Source: Alphaproteobacteria bacterium (lineage in GTDB: Bacteria; Pseudomonadota; Alphaproteobacteria; RF32; CAG-239). From it: a DNA stretch of 64,000 nucleotides. A model generated the notes under the pieces. That model worked only from the letters and a program-made list of their open reading frames with translations, had not been told where the DNA came from and made no database searches. The stretch spans positions 67,727-131,726 of the forward strand of contig JBKEEF010000013.1 in assembly GCA_047975765.1 (NCBI GenBank), written 5' to 3'. Numbering within the stretch: position 1 is the stretch's first letter; each line of letters starts with the position of its first letter. Shown piece by piece: positions 10,609-19,729 of the stretch. The position numbers and the translations under genes are program-made.

Positions 10609-11208
10609 ATGAAAAAATTTGCTTTGATGCTCGTTGGTTTGATGTTCATTTCAACAAACTCTTTTGCAGATATAGACTCTCAGAAAGCAGAAAGTTTTGT
10701 TAAAAACCTAACATCAGAAGGAATTGAAGGTTTAGTCAACTCTAATGCTTCCAAAGAAGTTAAACAAGAAAAATTCCGTAAGCTTTTCAATCAAGATTTA
10801 GACTTGGATTTCATTGGAAAATTTGTTCTGGGTCGCTACTGGAGAACAGCAACACCAACTCAACAAAAAGCTTTCTTAGATGCCTATAGAGAACTCAACA
10901 TTCAAACTTGGTCTGGTAGGTTTGATGAATTCAAAGGCAAAACATTTGTATTCCAAAATGTGACACCTTCCACAAGTCAAGATCAAGTTTTTGTAAATAC
11001 AACAGTTGATATGCAAAATGGTCAACAACCAGCTAAAGTGGTTTGGAGAGTGAGAGAAAAAGGCGATAAATATAGAGTTGTTGATATCATCATTGAAAAT
11101 GTGAGTTTAGCAATTTCCGCTCGTAATGAATATGCTGGATATATCAAAGCAAATGGTTTAGATGCGTTGATTAAAGACTTGCAATCTAAAGCCAAAGCGG
11201 TGAAATAA
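10609..11208 (+). CDS. mlaC: MlaC/Ttg2D-like periplasmic phospholipid-binding protein
   Basis: Signal peptide, about 200 aa, FVLGRYWRTATPTQQKAFLDAYREL motif typical of toluene-tolerance Ttg2D, and position next to mlaA. Confidence 0.6.
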   Translation: MKKFALMLVGLMFISTNSFADIDSQKAESFVKNLTSEGIEGLVNSNASKEVKQEKFRKLFNQDLDLDFIGKFVLGRYWRTATPTQQKAFLDAYRELNIQTWSGRFDEFKGKTFVFQNVTPSTSQDQVFVNTTVDMQNGQQPAKVVWRVREKGDKYRVVDIIIENVSLAISARNEYAGYIKANGLDALIKDLQSKAKAVK

Positions 11209-11669
11209 TGACTGTACTTGTCAGAAAATTTGAAGAAAAAGACATGGCTCCAGTTTTGGAGCTATGTTCTTATGTACGAGATTTTCATATCAAAATTTTA
11301 GATGGTGTTTTTAAACCACAAGCTGATGAAATTGAAAAGAGCATATTGAATAGAGTTTTTTTTGATGAAAACTTTATAGGATTTGTTGCTGAAAAAGATA
11401 ATGAAATTTTAGGATATGTTTTTGCTGAAAAAAGATTTCCGCCTTATTTGCTTTTACCTCACTTTAATATTGTAAATATTGGGGTTAGTGAAAAGGCTCA
11501 AAATTTAGGAATTGGAAGACAGCTAATGGATGTTGTTGTTTCAGTTGCAAAAGAACAGGGTGTTTCAGAAATTAAGTTAGGCGTTTATAATAAAAATATA
11601 AATGCACATAAGTTTTATGAAAAATATGGATTTGAACCAGAAGAACAAAAAATGGTCCTAAAACTCTAG
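11208..11669 (+). CDS. GNAT family N-acetyltransferase
   Basis: 153 aa with an acetyl-CoA binding-like segment (NIGVSEKAQNLGIGRQLMDVV...HKFYEKYGF). Confidence 0.6.
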   Translation: MTVLVRKFEEKDMAPVLELCSYVRDFHIKILDGVFKPQADEIEKSILNRVFFDENFIGFVAEKDNEILGYVFAEKRFPPYLLLPHFNIVNIGVSEKAQNLGIGRQLMDVVVSVAKEQGVSEIKLGVYNKNINAHKFYEKYGFEPEEQKMVLKL

Positions 11670-11690
11670 AGAAAATAAAAAGCCACTTTA

Positions 11691-12155
11691 TTAAGTGGCT
11701 TTTTTACGTTTAGTTTTGAAGAATTCTTTAAGAATTTGAGAACATTCTTCCTCCATAATCCCAGAATAAACGCTTGGTTTGTGATGACAAGTTGGAGAAT
11801 TGAAAAACTTTACACCATTTTCAATTGCTCCACCTTTAGGGTCATAAGCTCCAAAATAGAGGTTTTTAATTCTGGCAAAAGAAATTGCTGCTGCACACAT
11901 GGTGCAAGGCTCCAGAGTTACATATAAATCTAAATCCCAAAGGCGGTTTGAACCAAGTTTTTGACAAGCTTGATTAATAGCTAAAATTTCTGCATGAGCA
12001 GTGCAACAGTCAGAATGTTCACTCAAATTGTGCGTTTCACTGATAATCTCTCCTGTCTGAGAATTGACAATTAGTGCTCCAATTGGAACTTCATCGGTTT
12101 CAAAAGCTTTTTGAGCGAGTTCTATAGCTCTTTTCATATAAATATTTTCGGTCAT
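11691..12155 (-). CDS. tadA: tRNA-specific adenosine deaminase
   Basis: HAEILAI...TLEPCTMCAAAI zinc-binding CDA motifs, 154 aa. Confidence 0.88.
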   Translation of the reverse strand: MTENIYMKRAIELAQKAFETDEVPIGALIVNSQTGEIISETHNLSEHSDCCTAHAEILAINQACQKLGSNRLWDLDLYVTLEPCTMCAAAISFARIKNLYFGAYDPKGGAIENGVKFFNSPTCHHKPSVYSGIMEEECSQILKEFFKTKRKKAT

Positions 12156-12230
12156 ATTTATTCCTTTTCTTTCTCAATATTTTATATTATGATGTGGCAA
12201 AATAAACAAGATAAAATTAGGGAAATTCAA

Positions 12231-12953
12231 ATGGCAGAAAGAATTGCAAAGTTTATTGCTCGTAGTGGCGTTTGTTCTAGAAGAAAAGCTGAGGAGCTTA
12301 TTCTTCAACAACGTGTGAGCGTGAACGGTGAATTTATTACATCTCCAGCTTTTAATGTTGAGGGAAATGAAAAAATTTGTATTGATGGCGAAAAAATTTC
12401 GGAAAAAGAAGAAACAAGAGTTTGGTTATATCACAAACCAGTTGGTTTGGTGACAACGCATAAAGACGAAAAAGACCGTCCAACCGTTTTTGATAATTTG
12501 CCATCTGTTATGCCTCGCGTGATTTCTGTCGGCCGTTTAGACTTGAACTCTGAAGGTTTGTTGATTTTGACAAACAATGGAGAACTCGCTCGTAAATTGG
12601 AACTTCCTGAAAATGGTTGGATTCGTCGTTATAAAATTAAGGTTCATGGTACAATTAGCCGTGATAAATTTGCTGAAATTTCTAAAGGAACTTCTGTTGA
12701 TGGTGTTAGATATGCCCCAACTAAGATTGAAGTGGAAAGTACGCAAGGTTCAAACTCTTGGTTGGTTATTTCCATTTCTGAAGGAAAAAATCGAGAAGTT
12801 AGAAAATTGATGAAATATGCTGGTCTTGATGTGGCTCGTTTGATTAGACTTTCTTATGGACCTTTCCAGCTTGGAAGCTTGAAAAGAGGGGAAGTGAAAG
12901 AAGTTCCAATGAAAGTGTTGAAAGAACAACTTGGTGAAGGTTTTGAGCTGTGA
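12231..12953 (+). CDS. RsuA/RluB-family pseudouridine synthase with S4 domain
   Basis: Start trimmed to the ATG at 12231 (RBS AGGGA). The longer ORF would overlap tadA. N-terminal S4 domain (RIAKFIARSGVCSRRKAEELI) and catalytic GRLDLNSEGLLILTN. Confidence 0.78.
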   Translation: MAERIAKFIARSGVCSRRKAEELILQQRVSVNGEFITSPAFNVEGNEKICIDGEKISEKEETRVWLYHKPVGLVTTHKDEKDRPTVFDNLPSVMPRVISVGRLDLNSEGLLILTNNGELARKLELPENGWIRRYKIKVHGTISRDKFAEISKGTSVDGVRYAPTKIEVESTQGSNSWLVISISEGKNREVRKLMKYAGLDVARLIRLSYGPFQLGSLKRGEVKEVPMKVLKEQLGEGFEL

Positions 12954-13495
12954 GAATAATTGCTGGAAAATATCGTGGAAAAAAACTTTTCACTCCAACA
13001 ACAGATACTATTCGCCCAACATCTGATAGGGCGAGAGAAAGTATATATAATATTATAAATTCTAAAATTGATGGGGATTGGGAAGATATCTCTTTGCTTG
13101 ATGTTTTCTCTGGCACAGGAGCTTTCTCTCTTGAAGCTGTTTCAAGAGGCGTAGGAGAGGTTGGTCTGATTGATTTAGATATTACGCTCTCTTCCAAAAA
13201 TGCAACTCTCTTTTCGGCTGAAAAATCCAAAATTAAAATCATCAAAGCAAATGCACTCAATTTGCCTCTTTCCAATAAGCAATATGATATTGTCTTTCTA
13301 GATGCGCCATATTTCAAGGATATGAGTCCAAAAGTTTTGGAAGAACTTTCAACAAAAGGGTGGCTCAAATCGAATGCACTTTGCATCATCGAACTTGAGA
13401 AAAAAGAAGACTTAGTCTTGCCTAAAAATTTTGAAGAACTAGATGAGCGAAGATATGGGTTAGCAAAAATTATTTTTGCAACATATCATAAATAG
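12950..13495 (+). CDS. rsmD: 16S rRNA (guanine966-N2)-methyltransferase
   Basis: GTG start overlapping the upstream stop (GTGA). RIIAGKYRGKKL...DVFSGTGAFSLEA...FLDAPY motifs. Confidence 0.8.
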   Translation: MRIIAGKYRGKKLFTPTTDTIRPTSDRARESIYNIINSKIDGDWEDISLLDVFSGTGAFSLEAVSRGVGEVGLIDLDITLSSKNATLFSAEKSKIKIIKANALNLPLSNKQYDIVFLDAPYFKDMSPKVLEELSTKGWLKSNALCIIELEKKEDLVLPKNFEELDERRYGLAKIIFATYHK

Positions 13496-14486
13496 GCACA
13501 TTTTCCAAAAGAACTTTAGAGCCTTTAATCATCACAGAAGTTGTAGATGTTTTATAGTCATCTTCTTCTTTGAGTTTATAGGCTTTATTTTCAATGAGAA
13601 GTTTCACGACATAATATGAAGCACTATCAATAGTTTTTTGTTCATTAAGCATTTCAAGTGTCTCTAATAGACCTTTAGATGTTGTATTGAGTTTGATATT
13701 ACTTTCTTTGTTGCTATCAAAAGTCAAGTTACCCTTTCCAACTAAAACAAGTGGTTCCCAGCGGATAATTAGCTTGTCTATGTTTGCAGAACCATTGTTT
13801 GCAATCCATTTCCCCCAAATGTTGTCGCTTGTATCTTCGCTTTTGATTGTTCCAAGAGTACTAAATTTGAGTAAAATTCTATCAATTTTTCTCAAAAGAG
13901 GGGTTTGTACATTGTCACTAATTTGGACTTGCTTAAATTCAATAGAATTTTGAGAAGTGATTCTTCCTTGCTCAGGAATTTTGAGCTTGAGATTGATTTC
14001 TTCAGCATCAAACAGATTCCCAACAGTTACATTTTTGAGTTCAAAAGAAAGTTTGTTTATATTTTTTTCATCATGTTCTTCGACAATTCTAAACTCATTT
14101 ACACCAAAATCATATTTGTGATTGTTAATTGTGATTGTTTCTTTTTGTGCAGGAAAAAGAGAAAGTTTGCCGAAATTGAAAAAATTGTCTTTAATGGTCA
14201 CATTTCCCAAGTTCCAGTCAAATTTGGCTACATCATAAACATCATAAACCCTAAAATTTTCAACGGACATAATCGGTGCAAAGGGAACACGCGAAAAAGA
14301 AAGATTCTCATACGAAACGTCAATACCTTGTGCATTTAAGAGTTCTGTCGAACGAGTAATTTGTTTTTTGATTTCAGAAATGAAACTGTTTCTTTTGATA
14401 AAAAAGCCAAAAGCTGCCATTGTTAAAACAAAAGTTAAAACAAAAGTAAAAAGAGCAAATCTGTATTTTTTTATAATTGAAAACAT
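13470..14486 (-). CDS. hypothetical membrane-anchored protein
   Basis: 338 aa with an N-terminal transmembrane helix and no recognisable catalytic motifs. Confidence 0.4.
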   Translation of the reverse strand: MFSIIKKYRFALFTFVLTFVLTMAAFGFFIKRNSFISEIKKQITRSTELLNAQGIDVSYENLSFSRVPFAPIMSVENFRVYDVYDVAKFDWNLGNVTIKDNFFNFGKLSLFPAQKETITINNHKYDFGVNEFRIVEEHDEKNINKLSFELKNVTVGNLFDAEEINLKLKIPEQGRITSQNSIEFKQVQISDNVQTPLLRKIDRILLKFSTLGTIKSEDTSDNIWGKWIANNGSANIDKLIIRWEPLVLVGKGNLTFDSNKESNIKLNTTSKGLLETLEMLNEQKTIDSASYYVVKLLIENKAYKLKEEDDYKTSTTSVMIKGSKVLLENVPIYDMLQK

Positions 14487-14501
14487 TTTCTCTAAATAAC
14501 C

Positions 14502-15281
14502 TTATTTTTCTATAAATTTTTCAGTATAGGGATAATTTTTAACCGTTTCACGATTGATTTCATTGCATTTTGTTTCTATCGCATCTCTTAGTTTATCCAT
14601 AAAATCTTTCTTATCAAGGTTTTTTTCGATAGGTGGCATAAATTCGAAAATAATCTTTCCTGGGTATTTCAAAAATGAACGTTTCTTCCAAAAAAGACCT
14701 GTGTTATGGGCTACTGGAATAATAGTTGCATCAAGGTTTTGATAAAGAAAAGCAACACCTGGTTTATATGGTACGATTTTCCCTGGTTTTGTTCTTGTTC
14801 CTTCAGGGAAAATAACGATTGAACGACCTTTTGCAAGAAATATCTTCGCAACGTTCAACATATTTTTCATCGCACTGCTTCCTCCACTTCTGTCAATTGG
14901 AATAGCACCATAAGCAGCAACAGCCCAACCAAAAAGTGGAATATATGAAAGTTCTTTTTTGAAGATATATGTTGCTCCACCCTTGACGAAGGATGTAATC
15001 ATATATGTTTCTAATTCAGATTGATGACGAGAAGCATAAATTGCACCTTGTCCTTTAAGGATATGTTCTTCACCTCTAACTTCAATTTTCAAACCACAAA
15101 CAATATGGAGCAAATATCTGAAGAAAACGAGCATGAAGCTATTCCAAAAAGCTGTTTTGATTTTTGTTGGTAAAAACCAACCAAGAACAGAATATAAAGC
15201 CAAGGCACTAAATCCTGTGATATAAAAGATAATATTAAAAATTAAGGAACGTATAAAAGTGAGGATAATCATGATTTTCAC
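14502..15281 (-). CDS. plsC: 1-acyl-sn-glycerol-3-phosphate acyltransferase
   Basis: N-terminal transmembrane helix, acyltransferase HX4(D/E) block (YASRHQSELE), and a later FPEGTR motif. Confidence 0.75.
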   Translation of the reverse strand: MKIMIILTFIRSLIFNIIFYITGFSALALYSVLGWFLPTKIKTAFWNSFMLVFFRYLLHIVCGLKIEVRGEEHILKGQGAIYASRHQSELETYMITSFVKGGATYIFKKELSYIPLFGWAVAAYGAIPIDRSGGSSAMKNMLNVAKIFLAKGRSIVIFPEGTRTKPGKIVPYKPGVAFLYQNLDATIIPVAHNTGLFWKKRSFLKYPGKIIFEFMPPIEKNLDKKDFMDKLRDAIETKCNEINRETVKNYPYTEKFIEK

Positions 15282-15286
15282 CTAAA

Positions 15287-15859
15287 TTATAAAAGCGTTT
15301 TTAAATAGACATAGAGAAATTTATTATATTCTGATGCCAAGAAATAGAAACTATGCCAGTCTTGCCACCAGTTTTTTGTGAGATTATCCGTAAAAACAGG
15401 GTGAGCAATAATTTGCACGTTTTTATTTTTTGCAGAAATCTCTTGAATGCTTCTAAACATATGATAGTTCGAAGTGACAAGCCTTATGGATTTTATATTA
15501 TTTTTCTTTATCCAGTTGTCAACCTCAATTGCGTTTTCCACCGTGTTTGTTGCTTCATTTCCAATTTGAACTTTTTCAAAATGGATGTTTTCAATATTAT
15601 TAATATCAATAATTTTTTGCAGAGAGATTTTTTTATCTACGCCTGAGATGAAAAGTTTTTCTGCTAAATTTTCGTTTAGGAGGACCATAGCTTCGTGAAG
15701 GCGATATTTTCCTCCTGTCAATACCACAATAGCATCTGTTTTGCTATCTTTGTCAATTCTCAAGTCATAAATTCGATGCGAAAAAATGGCAAATCCAATA
15801 AACCAAGTACAAAGAAAGAAGATAAAGCTGAAAAAGAAAATTCGTCCTATTTTTTTCAT
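15287..15859 (-). CDS. DUF218 (YdcF/SanA/ElyC-like) domain protein
   Basis: N-terminal transmembrane helix plus AIVVLTGGKYRLHEAMVLL...LVTSNYHMFR. Confidence 0.6.
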   Translation of the reverse strand: MKKIGRIFFFSFIFFLCTWFIGFAIFSHRIYDLRIDKDSKTDAIVVLTGGKYRLHEAMVLLNENLAEKLFISGVDKKISLQKIIDINNIENIHFEKVQIGNEATNTVENAIEVDNWIKKNNIKSIRLVTSNYHMFRSIQEISAKNKNVQIIAHPVFTDNLTKNWWQDWHSFYFLASEYNKFLYVYLKTLL

Positions 15860-15874
15860 TTTTGAACAGTTCCT

Positions 15875-16801
15875 CTACATCATCTTTTCAAGTGTTTTCT
15901 TAACAGTGTAATAAGCTGTAACCATTGCAATCCCTGCACTAAAAAGTGGAAGAGACAAAATAGAAGCCCAAGAAAAGGCAGAAAGGGAAGCTTCACTGAT
16001 AATTCCCCCCTCAATGCTTTCAGAGAGTTTTGAAATTACAAAAATAGTTGGAACAGCAAAAGCAATGCCAATCAGACCACCAATAAATGAAATATAACCG
16101 ATTCTTCTTGCAAATTGCTTGGCAATATATGCATCTTTTGCACCCATAATGTGCAGAATATTAATCACATACTTATGAAGTCCAAGAGATGATTTGGTTG
16201 TATAGACAATTCCTCCAGCAGAAATGCTAAGAACAAGAGCCAAAGTGACAAGTGCCAAATTTTTAAGCCCATCAGCAAATTCAATGAGTTTTGCTAGCCA
16301 AAGCTTGTGGCTATCCAGAGATGCTAAAGGCGAAACATCAGCAAGTTTTTTTGCCAGTTCTTTGAAATCAATTGCAGCGTTTTTTCTGACTTTAACATCA
16401 ATCAATCTTGGAATAGGTAAGTCTTGAAGGTCTATACCATCTCCAAGCCAAGGTTTGAGAAGTTTTTGAAGTTGTTTATCTTCAAGTGGTGTAACACTTT
16501 CAATGCCATCAATTGTTTTCAAAAGTTCAATTGCTTTCTTTTGATGAATGAGGGTTTCTTCAATTGCTTTTTCTTTGTTGACATTATTGACAGGTATAAT
16601 TTGAACAGTCAAAGCACCTAGAATGCTGTCGCTCCAGTTAGAGAGCATAGAATTAATAGCGAGAACACCCGCAAGCGTCACACCAAAAAGAAAAACAGAA
16701 ATGGAAATCATTACCTCTAAAAAGAGATTAGAACTATCTCCTTTGAGCGGAATTTCATCTTTATTGAATTTGATATCATTGATGTTCTTAATTTTCTTCA
16801 T
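15875..16801 (-). CDS. ftsX: cell division permease FtsX
   Basis: 308 aa with 4 transmembrane helices and a periplasmic loop. Adjacent to, and overlapping, ftsE. Confidence 0.8.
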   Translation of the reverse strand: MKKIKNINDIKFNKDEIPLKGDSSNLFLEVMISISVFLFGVTLAGVLAINSMLSNWSDSILGALTVQIIPVNNVNKEKAIEETLIHQKKAIELLKTIDGIESVTPLEDKQLQKLLKPWLGDGIDLQDLPIPRLIDVKVRKNAAIDFKELAKKLADVSPLASLDSHKLWLAKLIEFADGLKNLALVTLALVLSISAGGIVYTTKSSLGLHKYVINILHIMGAKDAYIAKQFARRIGYISFIGGLIGIAFAVPTIFVISKLSESIEGGIISEASLSAFSWASILSLPLFSAGIAMVTAYYTVKKTLEKMM

Positions 16802-17538
16802 TATATGGTATCCATTTCAATTTTGTCGTTTGGATAGTATATTCTCAAATTTTTATTTTCTAAATTGAGACGTGGATAGCTGAAGTCGTGGATAAGTTTT
16901 TCACTATGTGTTGCAATTACAACAGTTGTTCCCAATTTGTTGAGTTCTACAAAAAGGTTCATCAATTTTGGTGCAATGTAATTATCTACGTTTCCTGTCG
17001 GTTCATCGGCAAGTAGAAGTTCAGGACGGCTGATAACGGCACGAGCAATTGCTACTCTTTGCTTTTCTCCACCGGAAAGCGTACTGGTTTGTGCGAACAT
17101 ATTCTTGTCAAGCTCAACCCATTCCAACATTTCTTTCACACGTTGCTTGATTTCTCTTTCTTCCATCCCCATAATTCTGAGTGGTAAAGCCACATTTTCA
17201 AAAGCAGTAAGGTGTTCAATGAGACGAAAGTCTTGAAAAACGACTCCAATTTTTCTACGAAGCATAGATAAGTTATCGCGGTTGGCAAAATTGACATTAT
17301 GTCCAAAGACACTCACGCTTCCTCGACTTGGTTTTTGTGCCAAATACATCATAGAAAGCAATGAAGTTTTTCCAGCACCACTTTTTCCAGTCAAAAAATG
17401 GAAAGAGCCTTTTTTAAGAGAAAGCTTAATGTCGCTCAAAATCTCTGGTCCATGACCATATCTAATGCCAACATTTTGCATTTCGATGATAGAAGATATT
17501 TTGGATTTAGTTTGCATTTTTGCTCCGATAACATTCAA
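16801..17538 (-). CDS. ftsE: cell division ATP-binding protein FtsE
   Basis: Walker A GKSGAGKTSLL, LSGGEKQRVAIARA and LLLADEPTGNVD. Confidence 0.9.
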   Translation of the reverse strand: MNVIGAKMQTKSKISSIIEMQNVGIRYGHGPEILSDIKLSLKKGSFHFLTGKSGAGKTSLLSMMYLAQKPSRGSVSVFGHNVNFANRDNLSMLRRKIGVVFQDFRLIEHLTAFENVALPLRIMGMEEREIKQRVKEMLEWVELDKNMFAQTSTLSGGEKQRVAIARAVISRPELLLADEPTGNVDNYIAPKLMNLFVELNKLGTTVVIATHSEKLIHDFSYPRLNLENKNLRIYYPNDKIEMDTI

Positions 17539-17682
17539 ATAATATATGTATATAACAACATTTAAGAACTCTATACAAGATTAATATTGAGGTTATTATA
17601 CTAAAGACATAAATTTTTTACTTGGATTAAATCTTTTTTGTACATATATTAGTAAAAAAATAAATCTAAAGAGGAAAAAACG

Positions 17683-18450
17683 ATGATAATTACCTGTCCG
17701 ACATGTGGAACAAGTTTCAAAGTTCATGATGATGTTGTTCCAGAATATGGAAGAAAAATGCGCTGCTCAAGTTGTGGCGAAGTTTGGCTTGTGAAAAAAG
17801 AACAAGAACCAGAAATTATCAGAGAAGAATTAGTGATAGAAGAACCAACAAATGAAAGAGTTGAACCAACATTTGATGCAAAATCAGATAAAAGTTCAAC
17901 CGAAGAATTTGGTGACATCTATCAAAGACTTAATGCAAAGTCTGAGTCGATTGAAAGCGAATATGAAAAAATGTCTGGTTTCAGAAAATTCACAATGGCA
18001 TTTAAGAAAAAAACAGGTTTGGATAGTCGTTTCAATCGTATCCTATTTTATATTGCATTGCTTGGTGTGGTTGCTTTGGGGCTTCTTCAGTTTAGATTTG
18101 ACATTGTTCGTCACTATCCAAAAGCAGCATATTACTACAATCTAGTTGGTATTAAAGTCACAGCAATTGGCTATGGATTGGAATTTAAAAATGTTTCTCG
18201 TTCTGAAATTGAGCTGAATGATAAAAAATTTATCATTGTTAAAGGTTTTATCCATAACAGAACAGAAAAAGAAATTGTTTTGCCAAAACTTCAAGTTCAA
18301 ATGTTTGGCACAAGTGGTAATTTGATTAAAGAATTCAGTTTTGAAATGAAAGAAAAAACACTTGCTGAAAACAACCAATTTCCATTTGATGTTTTAATAG
18401 AAAAGCAAAAAGCCTTTGTTAAATATATCATTTTAACATTTACAGAATAA
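17683..18450 (+). CDS. MJ0042-family zinc-ribbon domain protein with transmembrane helix
   Basis: N-terminal double CxxC (ITCPTCGTSF...RCSSCGEVW) and a mid transmembrane segment. Confidence 0.6.
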   Translation: MIITCPTCGTSFKVHDDVVPEYGRKMRCSSCGEVWLVKKEQEPEIIREELVIEEPTNERVEPTFDAKSDKSSTEEFGDIYQRLNAKSESIESEYEKMSGFRKFTMAFKKKTGLDSRFNRILFYIALLGVVALGLLQFRFDIVRHYPKAAYYYNLVGIKVTAIGYGLEFKNVSRSEIELNDKKFIIVKGFIHNRTEKEIVLPKLQVQMFGTSGNLIKEFSFEMKEKTLAENNQFPFDVLIEKQKAFVKYIILTFTE

Positions 18451-18452
18451 GA

Positions 18453-18486
18453 AAAAAAGACCTCTCAAAGAAGAGGTCTTTTTTAT
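18453..18486. terminator. rho-independent terminator
   Basis: AAGACCTCTCAAAGAAGAGGTCTTTTTT. Confidence 0.6.
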
Positions 18487-18581
18487 ATCTATATGCCGAA
18501 AGTCGGGTTTGATAATATTTTCTATGTATAATATTATATAGTTTCAAAGGTATTATTGAGGAATTTTTAATTTTTATTTTT

Positions 18582-19064
18582 ATGAAAAGTTTTATATTAG
18601 TTATATCGTTTTTGTTGACAAGCTCTTTTATAACTGCTCAAGCTATTGAAATTTTTCCTTCATCTCTTGATGTTGTTAATATTGTTGAAGAAGATGTTTT
18701 CAATCATTTAGATACAATGGTTCAAGCCAAAGGTTTGAATTTTATATCTGAAGATAACTATTTTTCATCAAAAGACTTAATCGCTTATAATTGGGATAAG
18801 GAAATGAAAGTTGACATCTTTGATGGTTCATTCAGTGTTCTTATCTTCAAGAATGGTGACTTTGTCCAAAAGGCAGTGATTTATCACAAAATTGAACAGA
18901 GTGTTGAAAAAATTTCATTAGAGAATTTCGAAGATGCTGTTATGACAAAATTGGGTGACTATGAAATTATGGTGAGTAAAAGGGTAGTAGGGGTGAAACA
19001 TATTCCTACCGAAAGTTCTTCCTATACTCACTTCCTATCCAAGATAAAAAAGCCTCTCAATTGA
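18582..19064 (+). CDS. secreted hypothetical protein, paralog A
   Basis: Signal peptide. Shares an approximately 70-aa core with the next gene (FPSSLDVVNIVEEDVFNHLDTMVQAKGLNFISED... vs FPTSSKSVEAIQKEVFSKLDTIVQAKGLNFVSAE...). Confidence 0.5.
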   Translation: MKSFILVISFLLTSSFITAQAIEIFPSSLDVVNIVEEDVFNHLDTMVQAKGLNFISEDNYFSSKDLIAYNWDKEMKVDIFDGSFSVLIFKNGDFVQKAVIYHKIEQSVEKISLENFEDAVMTKLGDYEIMVSKRVVGVKHIPTESSSYTHFLSKIKKPLN

Positions 19065-19184
19065 GAGGCTTTTTTAGGTGAAATGTAGAAGTTTTAGAAA
19101 ATATATAAGATTGTAAAATTTATCAAATATGATACAATTGTCATGTTATATATAATTATGTTAAATTTTTAATTTTTTAAATTC

Positions 19185-19685
19185 ATGAAAGTTTTTTTTA
19201 TTATCCTAGGTATGATGTTGATATTTCAGGTCAATGCTCAGTCTGTAAAAAATTTTCCAACATCTTCCAAATCAGTTGAAGCAATTCAAAAAGAAGTGTT
19301 TAGTAAGTTGGATACAATTGTTCAGGCAAAAGGTTTGAATTTTGTTTCAGCTGAAGGAGAATTCTCTGCTGAAGATTTAATTGTTTATGATTGGGAAAAA
19401 AGTGTTGAAATGGATTTGTTTGATGGCTCTTTTGGTGTTCTTCTCTATCAACAAAATAGCAATGAGAATGTTGTGAAATCTGTTGTCATATACTATGAAC
19501 AAGCAGGTAAACAAGATGTTCAAAAGATTGCTTTTGAAAACATTGGAGAAGAAAAAATTTCTAATAAAATAAATGATTATGAAATTTCTGTGAGCAAATG
19601 GGGAGTAACCATTTTACACATCCCATCTCAGAAAGAATTTTCGGTTTATTTTTTGTACATGAATGAAATGCCAAAGTACTGTTAA
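19185..19685 (+). CDS. secreted hypothetical protein, paralog B
   Basis: Signal peptide. Tandem paralog of 18582-19064. Confidence 0.5.
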   Translation: MKVFFIILGMMLIFQVNAQSVKNFPTSSKSVEAIQKEVFSKLDTIVQAKGLNFVSAEGEFSAEDLIVYDWEKSVEMDLFDGSFGVLLYQQNSNENVVKSVVIYYEQAGKQDVQKIAFENIGEEKISNKINDYEISVSKWGVTILHIPSQKEFSVYFLYMNEMPKYC

Positions 19686-19729
19686 AAACAACCCGCTTAA
19701 ATCTTAGGATTTTAGCGGGTTTGTTTTTT
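19685..19729. terminator. bidirectional rho-independent terminator
   Basis: AACCCGCTTAAATCTTAGGATTTTAGCGGGTT hairpin flanked by A and T runs, between convergent genes. Confidence 0.55.
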
